Source of the DNA: Mobula hypostoma
Taxonomy: Eukaryota
Length of the DNA: 64,000 nt
Reading direction: 5' to 3'
Assembly: GCF_963921235.1 (NCBI RefSeq)
Contig: NC_086097.1
Location: 108,626,001 to 108,690,000 of the forward strand
This document shows, piece after piece, positions 37,755 to 51,581 of this stretch. The stretch's first letter is position 1. Every line of letters begins with the position of its first letter. The position numbers were made by a program, and so were the translations under genes. The notes under the pieces are model-generated. The model saw only the letters and a list, made by a program, of their open reading frames with translations, had not been told where the DNA came from and did no database searches.

Positions 37755-40331
37755 ACCATAGAACCATAGAAACTACAGCACAGAAACAGGCCCTTTGGCC
37801 CTTCTTGGCTGTGCTGAACCATTTTCTGCCTAGTACCACTGACCTGCACACGGACCATATCCCTCCATACACCTCCCATCCATGTATCTGTCCAATTTAT
37901 TCTTAAATGTTAAAAAAGAACCCGCATTTACCACCTCATCTGGCAGCTCATTCCATACTCCCACCACTCTCTGTGTGAAGAAGCCCCCACTAATGTTCCC
38001 TTTAAACTTTTCCCCCTTCACCCTTAACCCATGTCCTCTGATTTTTTTCTCCCCTTCCCTCAGTGGAAAAAGCCTGCTTGCATTCACTCTATCAATACCC
38101 ATCATAATTTTATATACCTCTATCAAATCTCCCCTCATTCTTCTACGCTCCAGGGAATAAAGTCCTAACCTATTCAACCTTTCTCTGTATCTGAGTTTCT
38201 CAAGTCCCGGCAACATCCTTGTAAACTTTCTCTGCACTCTTTCAACCTTATTTATATCCTTCCTGTAATTTGGTGACCAAAACTGAACACAATACTCCAG
38301 ATTCGGCCTCACCAATGCCTTATACAACCTCTTCATAACATTCCAGCTCTTATACTCAATAGTTTGATTAATAAAGGCCAATGTACCAAAAGCTCTCCTT
38401 ACGACCCTATCTACCTGTGACGCCACTTTTAGGGAATTTTGTATCTGTATTCCCAGATCCCTCTGTTCCACTGCACTCCTCAGTGCCTTACCATTAACCC
38501 TGTATGTTCTACATTGGTTTGTCCTTCCAATGTGCAATACCTCACACTTGTCTGTATTAAACTCCATCTGCCATTTTTCAGCCCATTTTTCCAGCTGGTC
38601 CAAGTCCCTCTGCAGGCTCTGAAAACCTTCCTCGCTGTCCACTACACCTTCAATCTTTGTATCATCAGCAAATTTGCTGATCCAATTTACCCACATTATC
38701 ATCCAGATCATTGATATAGATGACAAATAACAATGGACCCAGCACTGATCCCTGTGGCACGACACTAGTCACAGGCCTCCACTCGGAGAAGCAATTCTCT
38801 ACTACCATTCTTTGGCTTCTTCCATTGAGCCAATGTCTGATCCAATTTACCACCTCTCCATGTATACCTAGCGACTGAATTTTCCTAACTAACCTCCCAT
38901 GCGGGACCTTGTCAAAGGCCTTACTGAAGTCCATGTAGACAATATCCACTGCCTTCCCTTCATCCACTTTCCTGGTAACCTCCTCAAAAAACTCCAATAG
39001 ATTGGTCAAACATGACCTACCATGCACAAAGCCATGTTGACTCTCCCTAAGAAGTCCCTGTCTATCCAAATGCTTGTAGATTCTGTCTCTTAGTACTCCC
39101 TCCAATAACTTACCTACTACCGACGTTAAACTTACTGGCCTATAATTTCCTGGATTACTTTTTGATCCTTTTTTAAACAACGGAACAACATGAGCCACTC
39201 TCTAATCCTCTGGCACCTCACCTGTAGACAGCGACATTTTAAATATTTCTGCCAGGGCCCCTGCAATTTCAACACAAGTCTCCTTCAAGGTCCGAGGGAA
39301 TACACTGTCTGGTCCCGGGGATTTATCCACTTTAATTTTCCTCAAGACAGTAAGGACCTCCTCCTTTTCGATTTGTATAGTTTCCATGATCTCACTACTT
39401 GTTTCCCTCAATTCCATAGACTTCATGCCAGTTTCCTTAGTAAATACAGACTCAAAAAACGTATTTAAGATCTCCACCATTTCCTTTGGTTCCGCACAAA
39501 GCCGACCACTCTGATCTTCAAGAGGACCAATTTTATCCCTTACAATCCTTTTGCTCTTAATATACCTGTAAAAGCTCTTTGGATTATCCTTCACTTTGAC
39601 TGCCAAGGCAACCTCATGTCTTCTTTTAGCCCTCCTGATTTCTTTCTTAAGTATTTTCTTGCACTTCTTATACTCCTCAAGCACCTTATTTACTCCCTGC
39701 TTCCTATACATGTCATACAACTCCCTCTTCTTCTTTATCAGAGTTGCAATATCCCTTGAGAACCAAGGTTCCTTATTCCTATTCACTTTGACCTTAATCC
39801 TGACAGGAACATACAAATTCTGCACTCTCAAAATTTCTCCTTTGAAGGTTTCCCACCTACCGATCACATCCTTGCCAGAGAACAACTTGTCCCAATCCAC
39901 GCTTTTTAGATCCTTTCTCATTTCTTCAAATTTGGCCTTCTTCCAGTTAAGAACCTCAACCCTAGGACCAGATCTATCCTTGTCCATGATCAAGTTGAAA
40001 CTAATGGTGTTATGATCACTGGAACCAAAGTGCTCCCCTACACAGACTTCTATCACTTGTCCTAACTTGTTTCCTAACAGGAGATCCAATATTGCATCCC
40101 CTCTAGTTGGTCCCTCTATATATTGATTTAGAAAACTTTCCTGAACACATTTTACAAACTCTAAGCCATCTAGACCCCTAACAGTATGGGAGTCCCAATC
40201 AATATATGGAAAATTAAAATCCCCTACCACCACAACTTTATGTTCCCTGCAGTTGCCTGCTATCTCCCTGCAGATTTGCTCTTCCAATTCTCGTTGACTA
40301 TTGGGTGGTCTGTAATACAATCTCACTAATG
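37755..40331 (-). mobile_element. CR1 LINE (fourth family), 5'-truncated, few disruptions
   Basis: ORFs 39202-40326, 38665-39198, 37830-38765 with endonuclease and RT motifs; tail accatagaaccatagaaac. Confidence 0.95.
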
Positions 40332-40533
40332 TTTTGTACAGTTACATCTATTAAATACCCACAGATCTCTAGAAAGGCTTATAGGAAAAATGACTCATCA
40401 TTTTATTCCTAAATGACTAATTCCTGTTATGGATTCTCCAGTCAAGGGACTGACAGTCAATTCCTGTGGAAAATTAATACACATTTCTTTCATTTGCTTC
40501 TTTTAAATTCTGGAGAAAAGCAAATGATTACTT

Positions 40534-41615
40534 AAGTTCAAAGTTCAAATTTATTATCAAAATACATATATATCACCATATATTAGCTTGAGATTTGTTT
40601 TCTTGCGGGCATTCACAGTCGATACAAAGAAACACAACAGAATCAATGAAAAACTACACTCTAAGGTGAACATATAATGTGCAAAAGGCAACAAATCGTG
40701 CAAATACAAACAGAAAAACAAAACACTAGTAATAAATAAACAATAAATAGTGAGAACATGAGTTGTTGAGCCCTTGAAAGTGAATCCATAGGTTGTGAAA
40801 TCAGTTCAGTGTTAGGGTGAGTGGAGTTCTCCCCTCTAGTTCAGGACTCTGATGGTTGAAGGGTAATGACTGTTCCTGAACCTGGTGGTGTGGGACCTAA
40901 GGATCCTGTACCTCCTTCCTGATGGCAGCAGTGAGATGAGAGAATGTTCTGGGTGGTGGGGGTCATTGATGATGGATGCTGTTTTCCTTTGACAGCGCTC
41001 CTTGTAGATGTGCTCAGTGGTGGCAAAGGCTTTACCTATGATGGACTGGGCTCTATCCATTACTTCCTGTAGACATCTCTGTTCAGGTTGGTGTATCCAT
41101 ACCTGGCCATGATGCAACCTATCGGTGTACTCTCCACCATGCATCTTTAGAAGGTTGTCAAAGTTTTAGATGACATACCGGAACTTTGCAAACTTCTAAG
41201 AAAGTCGAAGCACTGCTATGCCTCATTTGTAATGCTGGACCCAGGGCAGATCCTTAAAATGGGATAACACTGAGAAATGTAAAGTTACTGACCCCTGCAC
41301 CTCTGATTCCCTGATGAGCACTGAACCTCCAGTTTCCTCCTCCTGTAGTCAATAATCAGCTCTTTGGTTTTGGTGTTGTTGTGGCACCGTTCAGCCAGAT
41401 TTTCAATCTCCCTCTTACGTGCTGATTCATCACCACCTTTTATTTGGCCAACAACAGCACTGTCGCTAGCAAGCTTAACAAAGGCACTGGAACTGTACTT
41501 CGCCTCACAGACACAAGTATAAAGAGAGTAGAGCAGGGGTCTAAGAACAGAGCCTTGTCATGCATCTGTTATGATAGCAATTGTAAAAGAGATGTTGTTG
41601 CCCATCCGAACTGAC
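40534..41615 (-). mobile_element. Rex/Babar-type LINE fragment
   Basis: SIINDPHHPEHSLISLLPSGRRYR; tail aagttcaaagttcaaatttattatc on +. Confidence 0.8.
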
Positions 41616-41849
41616 CATCCAACTTGCTTGTACTGGGGCTCCGTTTCTCATAGTCCACTCTCTAGTGACACAGGTCCTGCATTCTCTCAAGCACATAGGA
41701 CTCTGGATCCTTTCACCTTTGAACACACCAGGGCTTTGGATTTGCACTCAGCCAAGCCCTAGCTTATGAGCTTCCTTTTATTTTGTGGACTTCCTACTCC
41801 TATGTTCACTGTAAACTTGCCTGGTTCATTGAAAATTTATCATCATGTA

Positions 41850-42220
41850 AAAAACACACACACAAAATGCTGGAGGAACTCGGCAGGTTAGGCAGCATCT
41901 ATGGAAGTTAATAAACAATTAAGATTAATTTTCAGGCCTGAAAAGAAAGGGGAAAGATGCCAGAATAAAACTGTGGGGGAAGGGGAAGGAGGCTAGCTAG
42001 AAGGTGATAGGTGAAGCCAGGTGCATGGGAAAGATATCATAGAGGGGGAGCAGTTGACAGAGGGTTTCACTAGCTCCCACAAAAGAGAAGATTTAAACTT
42101 CTTCAGGGCAGGCATCTTTCGAAGAGGCTTTGCAGAGGAGCAGCAACTGCTAAGTTCCTCCAGCATTTTGTGTCTGGTGCTTTGGGTTTCCAGCATCTGA
42201 AGACTTTCCCGTGTTTATCA
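41850..42220. mobile_element. Decayed PLE pLTR pieces in inverted arrangement
   Basis: cacaaaatgctggaggaact near the start and agttcctccagcattttgtg near the end. Confidence 0.65.
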
Positions 42221-43611
42221 TACTGTATAAAATCTGAAAAAAGTGAATTAATACGAGTGCGAAGGTAGTAAAGTAATATCTAATAGTCTGTTAGATTACC
42301 AAGCATGTTAGATTATCAGAGTGCTGGTGAGGCAGGGTAAATGCATAACATCATGGAGTTTAGCATAAGACCCAGAATTTGGAAAGGGATTGTTGGCCTA
42401 TACTTCTGCTTTGCACCAGCGAAAGGATGTTTCGCCACATTAGAGGAGATGCAGAATGGATTTTCCCAATGGCTTGTGAAAATGGGAAGAGCTATGTGAA
42501 ACTTTAAGTGAGAGCTTGTTAATATAAAACATTGTCAAGAAGATCTGTGATGGGATTACTTGTTCCATTCTTTTTGCTCATTATGATATTTTTAAGAAGT
42601 GTTTACATGTATTTTGAAATCATTTGGAATGGTTTGCATTACAATTTAGTTATTATTCATTCATTACTCCATTTTTTTCAGAATTTTTAATGTATTTTAA
42701 GTCTTTTGCTCCTAATTTAAAAAAAAATAAAAAATATTAAATTTTAAATTGAATGTTAATAAAACATCTTGAATGTTGTAATCAGCGCTGTCTTGAAATA
42801 TTTTCTGTTGAGAAATGCTACTGTTAATATCCAAGATTTGTTTCATAATTGTTCTCATCTGCCTCAGGGTGCTCATGGAGAGAGTTTGTAGAAAATATAT
42901 ACAACAAATTTACTAATAATCACCAATAATCTTTGATAACCAAAACTCCTCTTCATCTCTGTTCTAAAGGGGCACCCTTCTATTCTGATGCTGTACCCTA
43001 TGGTCCTAGGCTCCCCCACTATAAGAAACTTCCTCATTCAGATCTCTTTTCTGTTTAGAAAAGCTCTCATGAATAATATCTATAGTTCTTGCTAAGTAAC
43101 GCAGGATGTTAATATGGCACAGAAGAACCTCCAAGTCTACGAGACCGAACTGGTTGGAACTATTTCCCTGCTCTATCTCTGTCATTCTTTTTCTGCCTTT
43201 TGCTCCAAATCTGCTGTCCTTTAACTTTCTCTTAACATGAACAGTTGCCTTCTATCTATCCCAAATCTATCTTTTTTCTAGACATTTCCTCAGTGCTTTT
43301 TTTCTACTCCTCTTCTGTGCATTTGAGATGACTCCAGTGTCCTCTCAAATGGGATCTGCTCCATAGACTGCTACAGGTACAGTGGGTGATTCCCATCATT
43401 AATTAAGCAATAACTTTTATGAGTAATATCCACAGTTCTTGCAAAGTAACTCAGAATGTTAATATGGTACAGAAGAACCTCCAAGTCTACTGGACCAAAT
43501 GGGTTCTTTCTCTATAGTTCAGCATATGTTTCTCAAGTTCTTACCCAATATATCTTTGATTGAATTGATTGATTTTGTTTCCTTTCAGGTAGTGAATTCC
43601 ACTTCATAAAA

Positions 43612-44477
43612 CCTGGAGGGTGGTGGGGTGGTAGGTGAGGACAAGGGGAACCCTATCCCTAGTGGGGTGTCGGGAGGATGGGCTGAGAGCAGATGTGCGT
43701 GAAATGGGAGAGATGCGTTTGAGAGCAGAGTTGATAGTGGAGGAAGAGAAGCCCCTTTCTTTAAAAAAGGAAGACATCTCCTTTGTCCTGGAATGAAAGG
43801 CCTCGTCCTGAGAGCAGATGCGGCGGAGACGGAGGAATTGTAAGAAGGGGATGGCATTTTTGCAAGAGACAGGATGGGAAGAGGAATAGTCCAGGTAGCT
43901 GTGAGAGTCCGTAGGCTTATAGTAGACATCAGTAGATACGCTGTCTCCAGAGACAGAGACAGAAAGATCAGGAAAGGGGAGGGAGGTGTCGGAAGTGGAC
44001 CAGGTAAATTTGAGGGCAGGGTGAAAGTTGGAGGCAAAGTTAATGAAGTCAACGAGCTCAGCATGCATGCAGGAAGCAGCGCCAATGCAGTCGTCAATGT
44101 GGCGAAGGAAAAGTGGGGGACGGATACCAGTATAGGCTTGGAACATGGACTGTTCCACAAAGCCAACAAAAAGGCAGACATAGCTGGGACCCATACGGGT
44201 GCCCATGGCTACACCTTCAGTTTGGAGGAAGTGGGAGGAAGCAAAGGAGAAATTATTAAGAGTAAGGACTAATTCTGCTAGACAGAAGAGAGTGGTGGTA
44301 GAGGGGAACTGGTTAGGTCTGGAATCCAAAAAGAAGCAGAGAGCTTTGAGACCTTCCTGGTGGGGGATGGAGGTATATAGGGCCTGGACATCCATGATGA
44401 AAATAAGGCAGTGGGGTGAGGAACTACACCTTCTTGAACTTCCGTTAATGCCCCTCCTCCCGTTCTTACCCCATCCC

Positions 44478-44516
<39 letters not shown>

Positions 44517-44943
44517 TTCATTCATTCATTCATTCATTCATTCATTCATTCATTCCCTTTTTTCTCTCTCTGTCCCTCTCACAATAACTCCTTGCCTGCC
44601 CTCCATCTTCCTCTAGTGCTCCCCTCCCCCTTTCTTTCTCCCTCGGCCTCCTGCCCCATGATCTTCTCCCTTCTCCAGACTTGTATTCCTTTTTCCAATC
44701 AACTTTCCAGCTCTTAGCTCTATCCCTCCCCCTCCTGTCTTCCCCTATCATTTCAGATCTCCCCATCACCCTCCCACTTTCAAATCTCTTACTATCTCTT
44801 CTTTGTAAGTCCTGATGAAGGGTCTCGGCCCGAAATGTCAGCTGTGCTTTTTCCTTTGGATGCTGTCTGGCCTGCTGCGTTCTACCAGCATTATGTGTGT
44901 GTTGCTTGAATTTCCAGCATCTGCAGATTTCCTCATGTTTGCG
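43612..44943. mobile_element. Penelope-like element with inversion: RT on -, 3'UTR/pLTR on +
   Basis: 263-aa RT (DVQALYTSIP, GVAMGTRMGP, RHIDD, VYYKPT); orientation flips near 44420-44430; hammerhead-like box at ~44808-44845. Confidence 0.92.
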
Positions 44944-45974
44944 TCAGAAAGCCCTCACCATCTTTGCTATTTACTCTATTATAGCTGCAGTTGATGTGGG
45001 GGGGGGGTGGGGATGCGGGGAAAACAAGCTCCCACTACCTATTAAATGTTCCCAATGGCATGCACTTCAAATAGACTCTGACAACAAAGCCAAGCTCCTG
45101 GCCTTCATGTGTGACTTAGCTACCAAGCCCGGCAGAATCATTTCTACTGCCAGGAGAAGGGGCAAAGACAGATGACTGGTGCCTTAAAACCAGTCACTTG
45201 GCAGCTCATCTGGGAGAAGGAAAACTCTAAAGTCAAACCTCTGCTGCCTTGTGGCTATACCTATTCACGTGGAAGGCTTCAGGAATAAACCCTGAAAAAT
45301 CCAGAGCTGGAGCCCCTAAGGTACTCCTACACTGAGTTCAAAGCTGATAGGCAACTGCTGTGGTGCCAAACTGTATCGGCTCTGCCATTCCTTTGGGTTC
45401 ATCAGATGCAGAAGGGAAGTTTGCCACATGGGCAACAGCTTGCTCTCCATATTGTACTGCTCAGGCTTGTGTATCTAGACAGCTAGGACACAACATCTAT
45501 AGTGGACCCTGCCCGATGGAGGCCTCACGTATATCTGCCTTTGACCTCTCAATGACCTACTTCCCTTCCAGCTCAGTAAAATATTCCACATCAGCACTAG
45601 CATCTTATTTCCTTTTGCTGTGTCCCCTCTGTGGCCTGGAACACTGAATGTCTAGTTGAGTCATGTTTCAGTATCATTGTTACATCCCAATCCTATGAGG
45701 CTGGTTTGCAACTTACATGTCAACAATAACTTTTAGCACAACTGTGTTTACACATATGTAGACTAAGCTCATTTTATTAGTCCCTCTCCATGTTTTGCCA
45801 TCTAATACTCTTTCATACAATCTCGTTCACCCTGCTGCTTTGTTTCTATTGCTGTATACTCGTCCCCAACCCCTAACAATTTTTAAACCCATTCCAACCA
45901 TTTTCATGAGGCTCCTCACTGGAACGTTCTACTTGGAAATCTTATTAAGCTATTTTGCATTTATTTTCATATAC

Positions 45975-46154
45975 CTGTGCTTCTCTGAAGATATATATTC
46001 CCTGATTTTCCATGTCATTTACAATCTTATCTGCACACTCTTGTGAAATATCAATCTGCAAAGGTGGCATGACGTTGGAATTGATGAAACAATTAATGAT
46101 GGATTTGATCTTATTCTGAATGCTTTCATCAGTTGCTTTAGAATGGCACATGTC
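45975..46154 (-). CDS. RGS22: RGS22-like exon, RGS domain
   Basis: cctcag|...|gtatat on -; 180 nt; DMCHSKATDESIQNKIKSIINCFINSNVMPPLQIDISQECADKIVNDMENQGIYIFREAQ. Confidence 0.9.
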
Positions 46155-46601
46155 CTGAGGGAACAAGAAAGGTGAAAAGTCGTTACTTTCTCTGTGTCAC
46201 TGAAGCTACAGAAAACGGTGTTCTCACACACATGCACACAATGCTTATATTTTTAAGCATACATGCAATTCTGCTATACAGTCGATTCCAATTAATTGGG
46301 ATACATTGGAATCAATATATATGGCCCAATTAGCCAAAGATTAATGAAAATTGCTGAAAAGGTATAAAAAAAAGATAAACTACCATTTAACAAAGTAACG
46401 ATTTATATATTTAAATGAAATACAGAGCAAAGTAGAAAACTACCAATACTACCACGATACTATAAAACTGTGCATTGGTTCCCAATAGTTAACAATGAGG
46501 AATTCATCCTGTGCACCTGTTGTGTTCTTTTGATTGAGTGTAAATGAACAAAATCAGTGCTGACACCAATGTAGATAATTGACTGCCTTCATATAATGCT
46601 G

Positions 46602-48217
46602 CAGGTGTACCCCGCTTTTCGAACGTTCGCTTTACGAAACCTCACTGTTACGAAAAACCTACATTAGTTACCTGTTTTCACTAACAGAAGGTGTTTTCAA
46701 TGTTATGAAGAAAGGCAGTGCGCGCCCCAAGCAGCTGCTTTCCCCCGGATTCGGAACGGCATTATCGCTGGCATTGCTTAAACACATGCCTGTGAGCATC
46801 CGTTAGCAAGATGAGTTCTAAAGTATCGGAAAAGCCTAAAAGAGCTCGTAAGGGTGTTACACTTAGCGTAAGACTAGATATAATTAAGCATTTTGATCGT
46901 GGTGTACAAAGTAAAGACAAAGTGAGTTTGGCTTGTGGAAGTTGACGAAGATAATGTTGAAGAGGTTTTGGCATCCCATGACGAAAAACTGATTGATGAA
47001 GAGCTGATGCAATTGGAACAGGAAAGGATAACAATTGAAACCAAATACAGTAGCAAATGGACCGAAGGTGAAGATGTCCAGGAACTGAATGTGAAGCAAC
47101 TGTGTGAGATTTTCACTGCAATGATAAAGTACGACTTTAATTTTGAAAGGGTACGTCAGTTTAGGGCATACAGTATTTGCAAGATGGTTTGAGTGCTTAC
47201 AAAGATCTGTATGATAGAAAAATGCGCGAGGCTCAGCAGTCAAGCAAGCCTTCACATCAGCCACAGCAGACGACGAAACTCAACCTTTGACATCGAGGCA
47301 GGCAGACATAGAAGACGATGACCTGCCTGCCCTAATGGAAACAGACGACACCTCAGTGTCCCGCCACCCCAACCCCCAGGCTGCGGACAGATACCGATTC
47401 GCGGAGAATGCAGCGGTAGCCAGGAGGCACAAAGCACATTTTTAAGAAAAAAGCTGAAATAAACATGCTAATTAATTAGGTGCCGCCCAGCACGTAATTG
47501 TCAGCCCAGATCAGAGGTGATTGCTGATTGCATCGCCTCTGACCTGGGCCGACATGTACGTGCCAGGCAGCACCTAATTAACTACCATGTTTATTTCAGC
47601 TTTTTTCTTAAAGATGTGTTGTGTGCCTCATGGCTACTGCTGTACCCCTGCATGCTTCGCAGATCAGTATCGGTCGCTGCCCGGAGGGTGGGGGCCACTG
47701 CACCACCCCAACGTGCGACGACTCAGCCTAACACATCATCATCAGTGTGCTCAGCGCTGTTCCAATTCCAGTAAGTGATACTACACGGTACATACATTAT
47801 TTCTACTTTATATAGGCTATGTATTTTTACGTGTTATTTGGTATGAGTTGGCAGCTTCATAGCTTAAAGGTTACTGGAAAGAGTGTTTTTGCCAACAGCC
47901 TTGCATGAGATTTTCTGCCGAGAGTGCTTGCGTGAGATTTTTGCTATGGCGAACAGCGCCAGCAATGATTATGGAAAAGTATTTCTACTTTATATAGGCT
48001 GTGTATTTATCATATCATTCCTGCTTTTACTATATGTTACTGTTATTTTAGGTTTTATGTGTTATTTGGCATGATTTGGCAGGTTATTTTTGGGTCTGCG
48101 AACGCTCACAAAATTTTCCCATATAAATAAATAGTAATTGCTTCTTTGCTTTATGGCATTCCGGCTTACGAACTGTTTCATAGGAATGCTCTACCTTCGG
48201 ATGGCGGGGGAAACCTG
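46602..48217 (+). mobile_element. Internally deleted Tigger/pogo element
   Basis: TIRs caggtgtaccccgc / gcgggggaaacctg+TA; HTH start MSSKVSEKPKRARKGVTLSVRLDIIKHFDRG joined to acidic C-terminus EVDEDNVEEVLASHDEKL. Confidence 0.85.
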
Positions 48218-48657
48218 TATAGACGATTGCATCCTCCAAATCTTCATTTCCATTTTAACATTTAAGATGATTGTTGATGCCCTCAAATTCTTCATAGTTC
48301 CTAACTTTTTAAAGTAGTGAAATCACTTCATTTTCACTCACATCCATTCTGGCATTTCCAAGCCTGAATGTTTGAAACTGCAGTGAGCAAAACGGTTCCG
48401 AATTGTCTTACTGCTTAGTTCTTGCCAACAATTACAGACAAAAATCACTGCTTTTTGAACTCAAACACACACTTCTGACACTATTTAAAAATTGTTCACT
48501 ATAAGCATGGCAATAGTGTCTAATGGCCGCACAACTCCATGTGACTGACAGTAGATAGGAACTGTTTGGCAACAGTCTCCTTTTCTAATTAAATGGCATA
48601 GTGTCCCAAATAAACAAGTGGAATCCCGGCCATGTTCTCAATTAGATTTTATGCTTT

Positions 48658-50086
48658 CTTTCCAATATTTTTATTAGTTTTTACATAGAAGAATACAGAG
48701 TACAAGAAAGTATATATGAAAGGTCAAAAAAGATTTAAAAACTATCAATTACATTATATCTATTCATAACAACAGTATCATTACCCTGTATTCATGTAAG
48801 TTAATCAAAAGTTATATTGAAATATACTAATTTATTACAAAAAAAGCGTCTAACCCCCACCAAGACTGAAGCTGTTTACTAAGGAGAGAAAAAAAGGTAA
48901 AGTACCTTCTCATATAATAAAAATTAATAATAGCCAACACCTGAATTTAAACAACAAATTGAAGGTTTTGAAAATAATTCAGAAAAAGTCCCCACAATGT
49001 TTGAAAGTCTTGATGTGATTCAGAAATTGAACAACGAATCTTCCCTAAATCTAAGTGTGACATAACGTCGCATAAGCATTGGGCATGAGTAGGAGGAAAA
49101 ACATCTTTCCATTTAGACAAAAGCACCCTCCTAGCTTTAAGAGAACTAAAGGCCAAAATATGTAAATCAGATGTCTTCAGCTTGATATCTTGTCCTGCAA
49201 CAATACCGAATAGGGCTGTCAGAGGATTAGGCTTAAAATTGACTTTGAAAAGTAAAGAGAAAGTTTGAAAAACTTCCTTCCAATATTTTTCAAGATTCGG
49301 ACAAGTCCAAAACATATGAATTAATGAAGTTTCTCCATTATTACATCTGTCACAGTAGGGAGGTATATCCGAATAAAAACGAGATAGCTTATCTTTAGTC
49401 ATATGGACTCTATGTACCACCTTAAATTGTATGAGGGAATGGCGAGCACATAGCGATGAAGTATTAACCAGTTTAAAAATTTCATTCCAAGTTTCCTCAG
49501 ATATTGATGTCTGTAAATCTTGTTCCTAGAGATTCTTAATTTTGTCTAAAGGAACATTCCTCGTCTTCAGTAACATACCATAAATATTAGATATTGAACC
49601 ATTATGAAAACGTGTCAAATTAAAAATTACATCTAGTAAGTTCTTATCTGAGCTTATAGGAAATGTACATAATTGAGATCTTAGAAACTCTCTGACTTGT
49701 AGATATCTAAAAAAGTGAGTTTTGGGTAAGCTATACTTAGCTGATAATTGCTCAAATTAAAAAAGTTTTCCTCCAACAAACAGATCCCAAAAACATTTAA
49801 TACCCAACCTGACCCATTCTTTAAAAACTAAATCAGTCAGGGAGGGTTTAAAAAAATTAGAATAAGTGGGACTTGAAAGGGAAAATCTCAATAAACCAAA
49901 AAGTTTTCTAAATTGTATCCAGATCCTCAGAGTATGTTTAACTATTAAATTATCAGTTAGTCTACTTACAAATAAAGGAAGTGAGGATCCAAGAAGAGAA
50001 ATAATAGAAAATTTATTAACAGAGTTAGCTTCTAAAGAAACCTATACCAGACAGTCTACATGATTAATATAATATAGCCAAAACGT
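48658..50086 (-). mobile_element. L1-clade LINE 3' fragment with 13-bp TSD
   Basis: C-terminal CCHC motif CDRCNNGETSLIHMFWTC; gattttatgcttt at 48645-48657 and 50087-50099. Confidence 0.9.
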
Positions 50087-50240
50087 GATTTTATGCTTTA
50101 AACGTTGTCCCAAATATGTGGCTGCGCCAATTAACTGATGTGTTCCAATGAACCATAATCATATATAAGGTTACACAAATAATTCACAAGAAAAGTACAG
50201 GTTTAGATTTTGTATCACTGTACTGTATTTACTTATTTAC

Positions 50241-50402
50241 CTTATATTTTTGAACCTCAAGCCAGAAAAGAACATTATTCTCCATTAATTCTCCTTTGAA
50301 TGACACAAACTGTTGAAATTGTTGGGCTGTTACTGGATTTAGCAAAGCTTTACGGAACACCACGATTTCTTTTGATGTGGAAATCCATTTATTATTCATA
50401 AA
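50241..50402 (-). CDS. RGS22: RGS22-like exon, N-terminal part of last RGS domain
   Basis: caacag|...|gtaaat on -; 162 nt; FMNNKWISTSKEIVVFRKALLNPVTAQQFQQFVSFKGELMENNVLFWLEVQKYK; not in the ORF track. Confidence 0.9.
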
Positions 50403-51581
50403 CTGTTGGGAATATAATTTATCAGCGTCACTTACATCAGCTAATTTTCAAACACATTGGAAGAGAAATTAACATAGAACATTGTACTAAAATTTTGAAT
50501 TGCCTGTGTTTACAATTTTCTGCAGTTGCTTTGCCATTGCCAATCCTTAGCTACCGTATATTGGACCAATGGGTTTTAGGGAGGGAAACAAGCTAACGGC
50601 AATTCATACCCATAAACTCCTTCAAACTACAAATGATGGGTTTTTTTAAAATCAATGTTAACTCTAATGTTTCACAGTAAAGAAAGATAGGCTTAGTGTG
50701 CTGGGATGGAGTTGTGAAATTTTTTGTCCCAGAAAGTGGACATAATTATTGATATATACACATTTAGTGTACGTCTTAGTCATGCTGTTTATCTGCTGGT
50801 TACTTCGGCAAGTCTGGAATTGCTGACTTGGGTTTGCCACTTGCACCATCTACTGATATACATCAATATTACACAGGGAACACAAGAAACTGAAGGTGCT
50901 GGATCACAAATTACTGGAGTAAATCATTGGGTTTGGCAGCATCTGTAGAGGGAAGTGGACAGTCAAATGTTTTGGGCAGAGACCCTTCATTTGTCCCAGT
51001 TCTCTTCAATCCTTTAGCATGAAGAAATATTCTCCTTTTATTGAATATACTTAAATGACTTAGCCTCCATTCCATTTTGTTCTAGAGAACCTCACAGGTC
51101 CATCACCCTTTCACTAAAGAAATTTCTCCTCATCGCGGTTCTAAAGTGTTGGATAGAGCAGGTGCCTCACAGCACCATAGACATTATTCTGGCGTCTTCC
51201 CACTTCGTGTTCAGTCTGGAAGAAGAGTCTTGGCCTGAAATGTCGACTGTTTATTCATTTCTGTAGATGTTGCCTGACTTGCTGAGTTCCTCCAGCATTG
51301 TGTGTTTGTTGCCCCGGCTTAATTTTAATTGTTGCCTGGGGTGCTGTCCATGTGAAGTTGGCATGCTCTCCCTGTGACCCTATGGTGCTCCAGATTCCTG
51401 CTAAACCTCAAGGATGTGCACAGTGGTAGGTTTATTTGTCAATTTAAATTGCTCCTGGAATGTAGGTAAATGGTAAAATCCAAGAGGAGTTATTGAGACG
51501 GTGAGGAGAATAAAATAGGATTACATAATTGGAGAGTTGACAGTCAGCATGGTTGAAAGACTTGTATTTGTGCATTGTTTC

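Larger units (their letters stand above)
46279..50160 (-). mobile_element. Old pogo/Tigger-type DNA transposon hosting two nested insertions
   Basis: TA+cagtcgattcc left end, decayed inverted right end near 50125-50160; minus-strand remnants WQELSSKTIRNRFAHCSF and NYEEFEGINNHL at ~48225-48430. Confidence 0.55.

Noticed and set aside
44985..45530. Repeat-like non-coding segment (also 16200-16445)
   Set aside because: Probably retroelement UTR fragments, but no ends, TSD or coding motif could be established
50420..50470. Strong minus-strand donor (gat|gtaagt) as an RGS22 micro-exon end
   Set aside because: It would leave an intron of only ~33 nt before the 50402 acceptor
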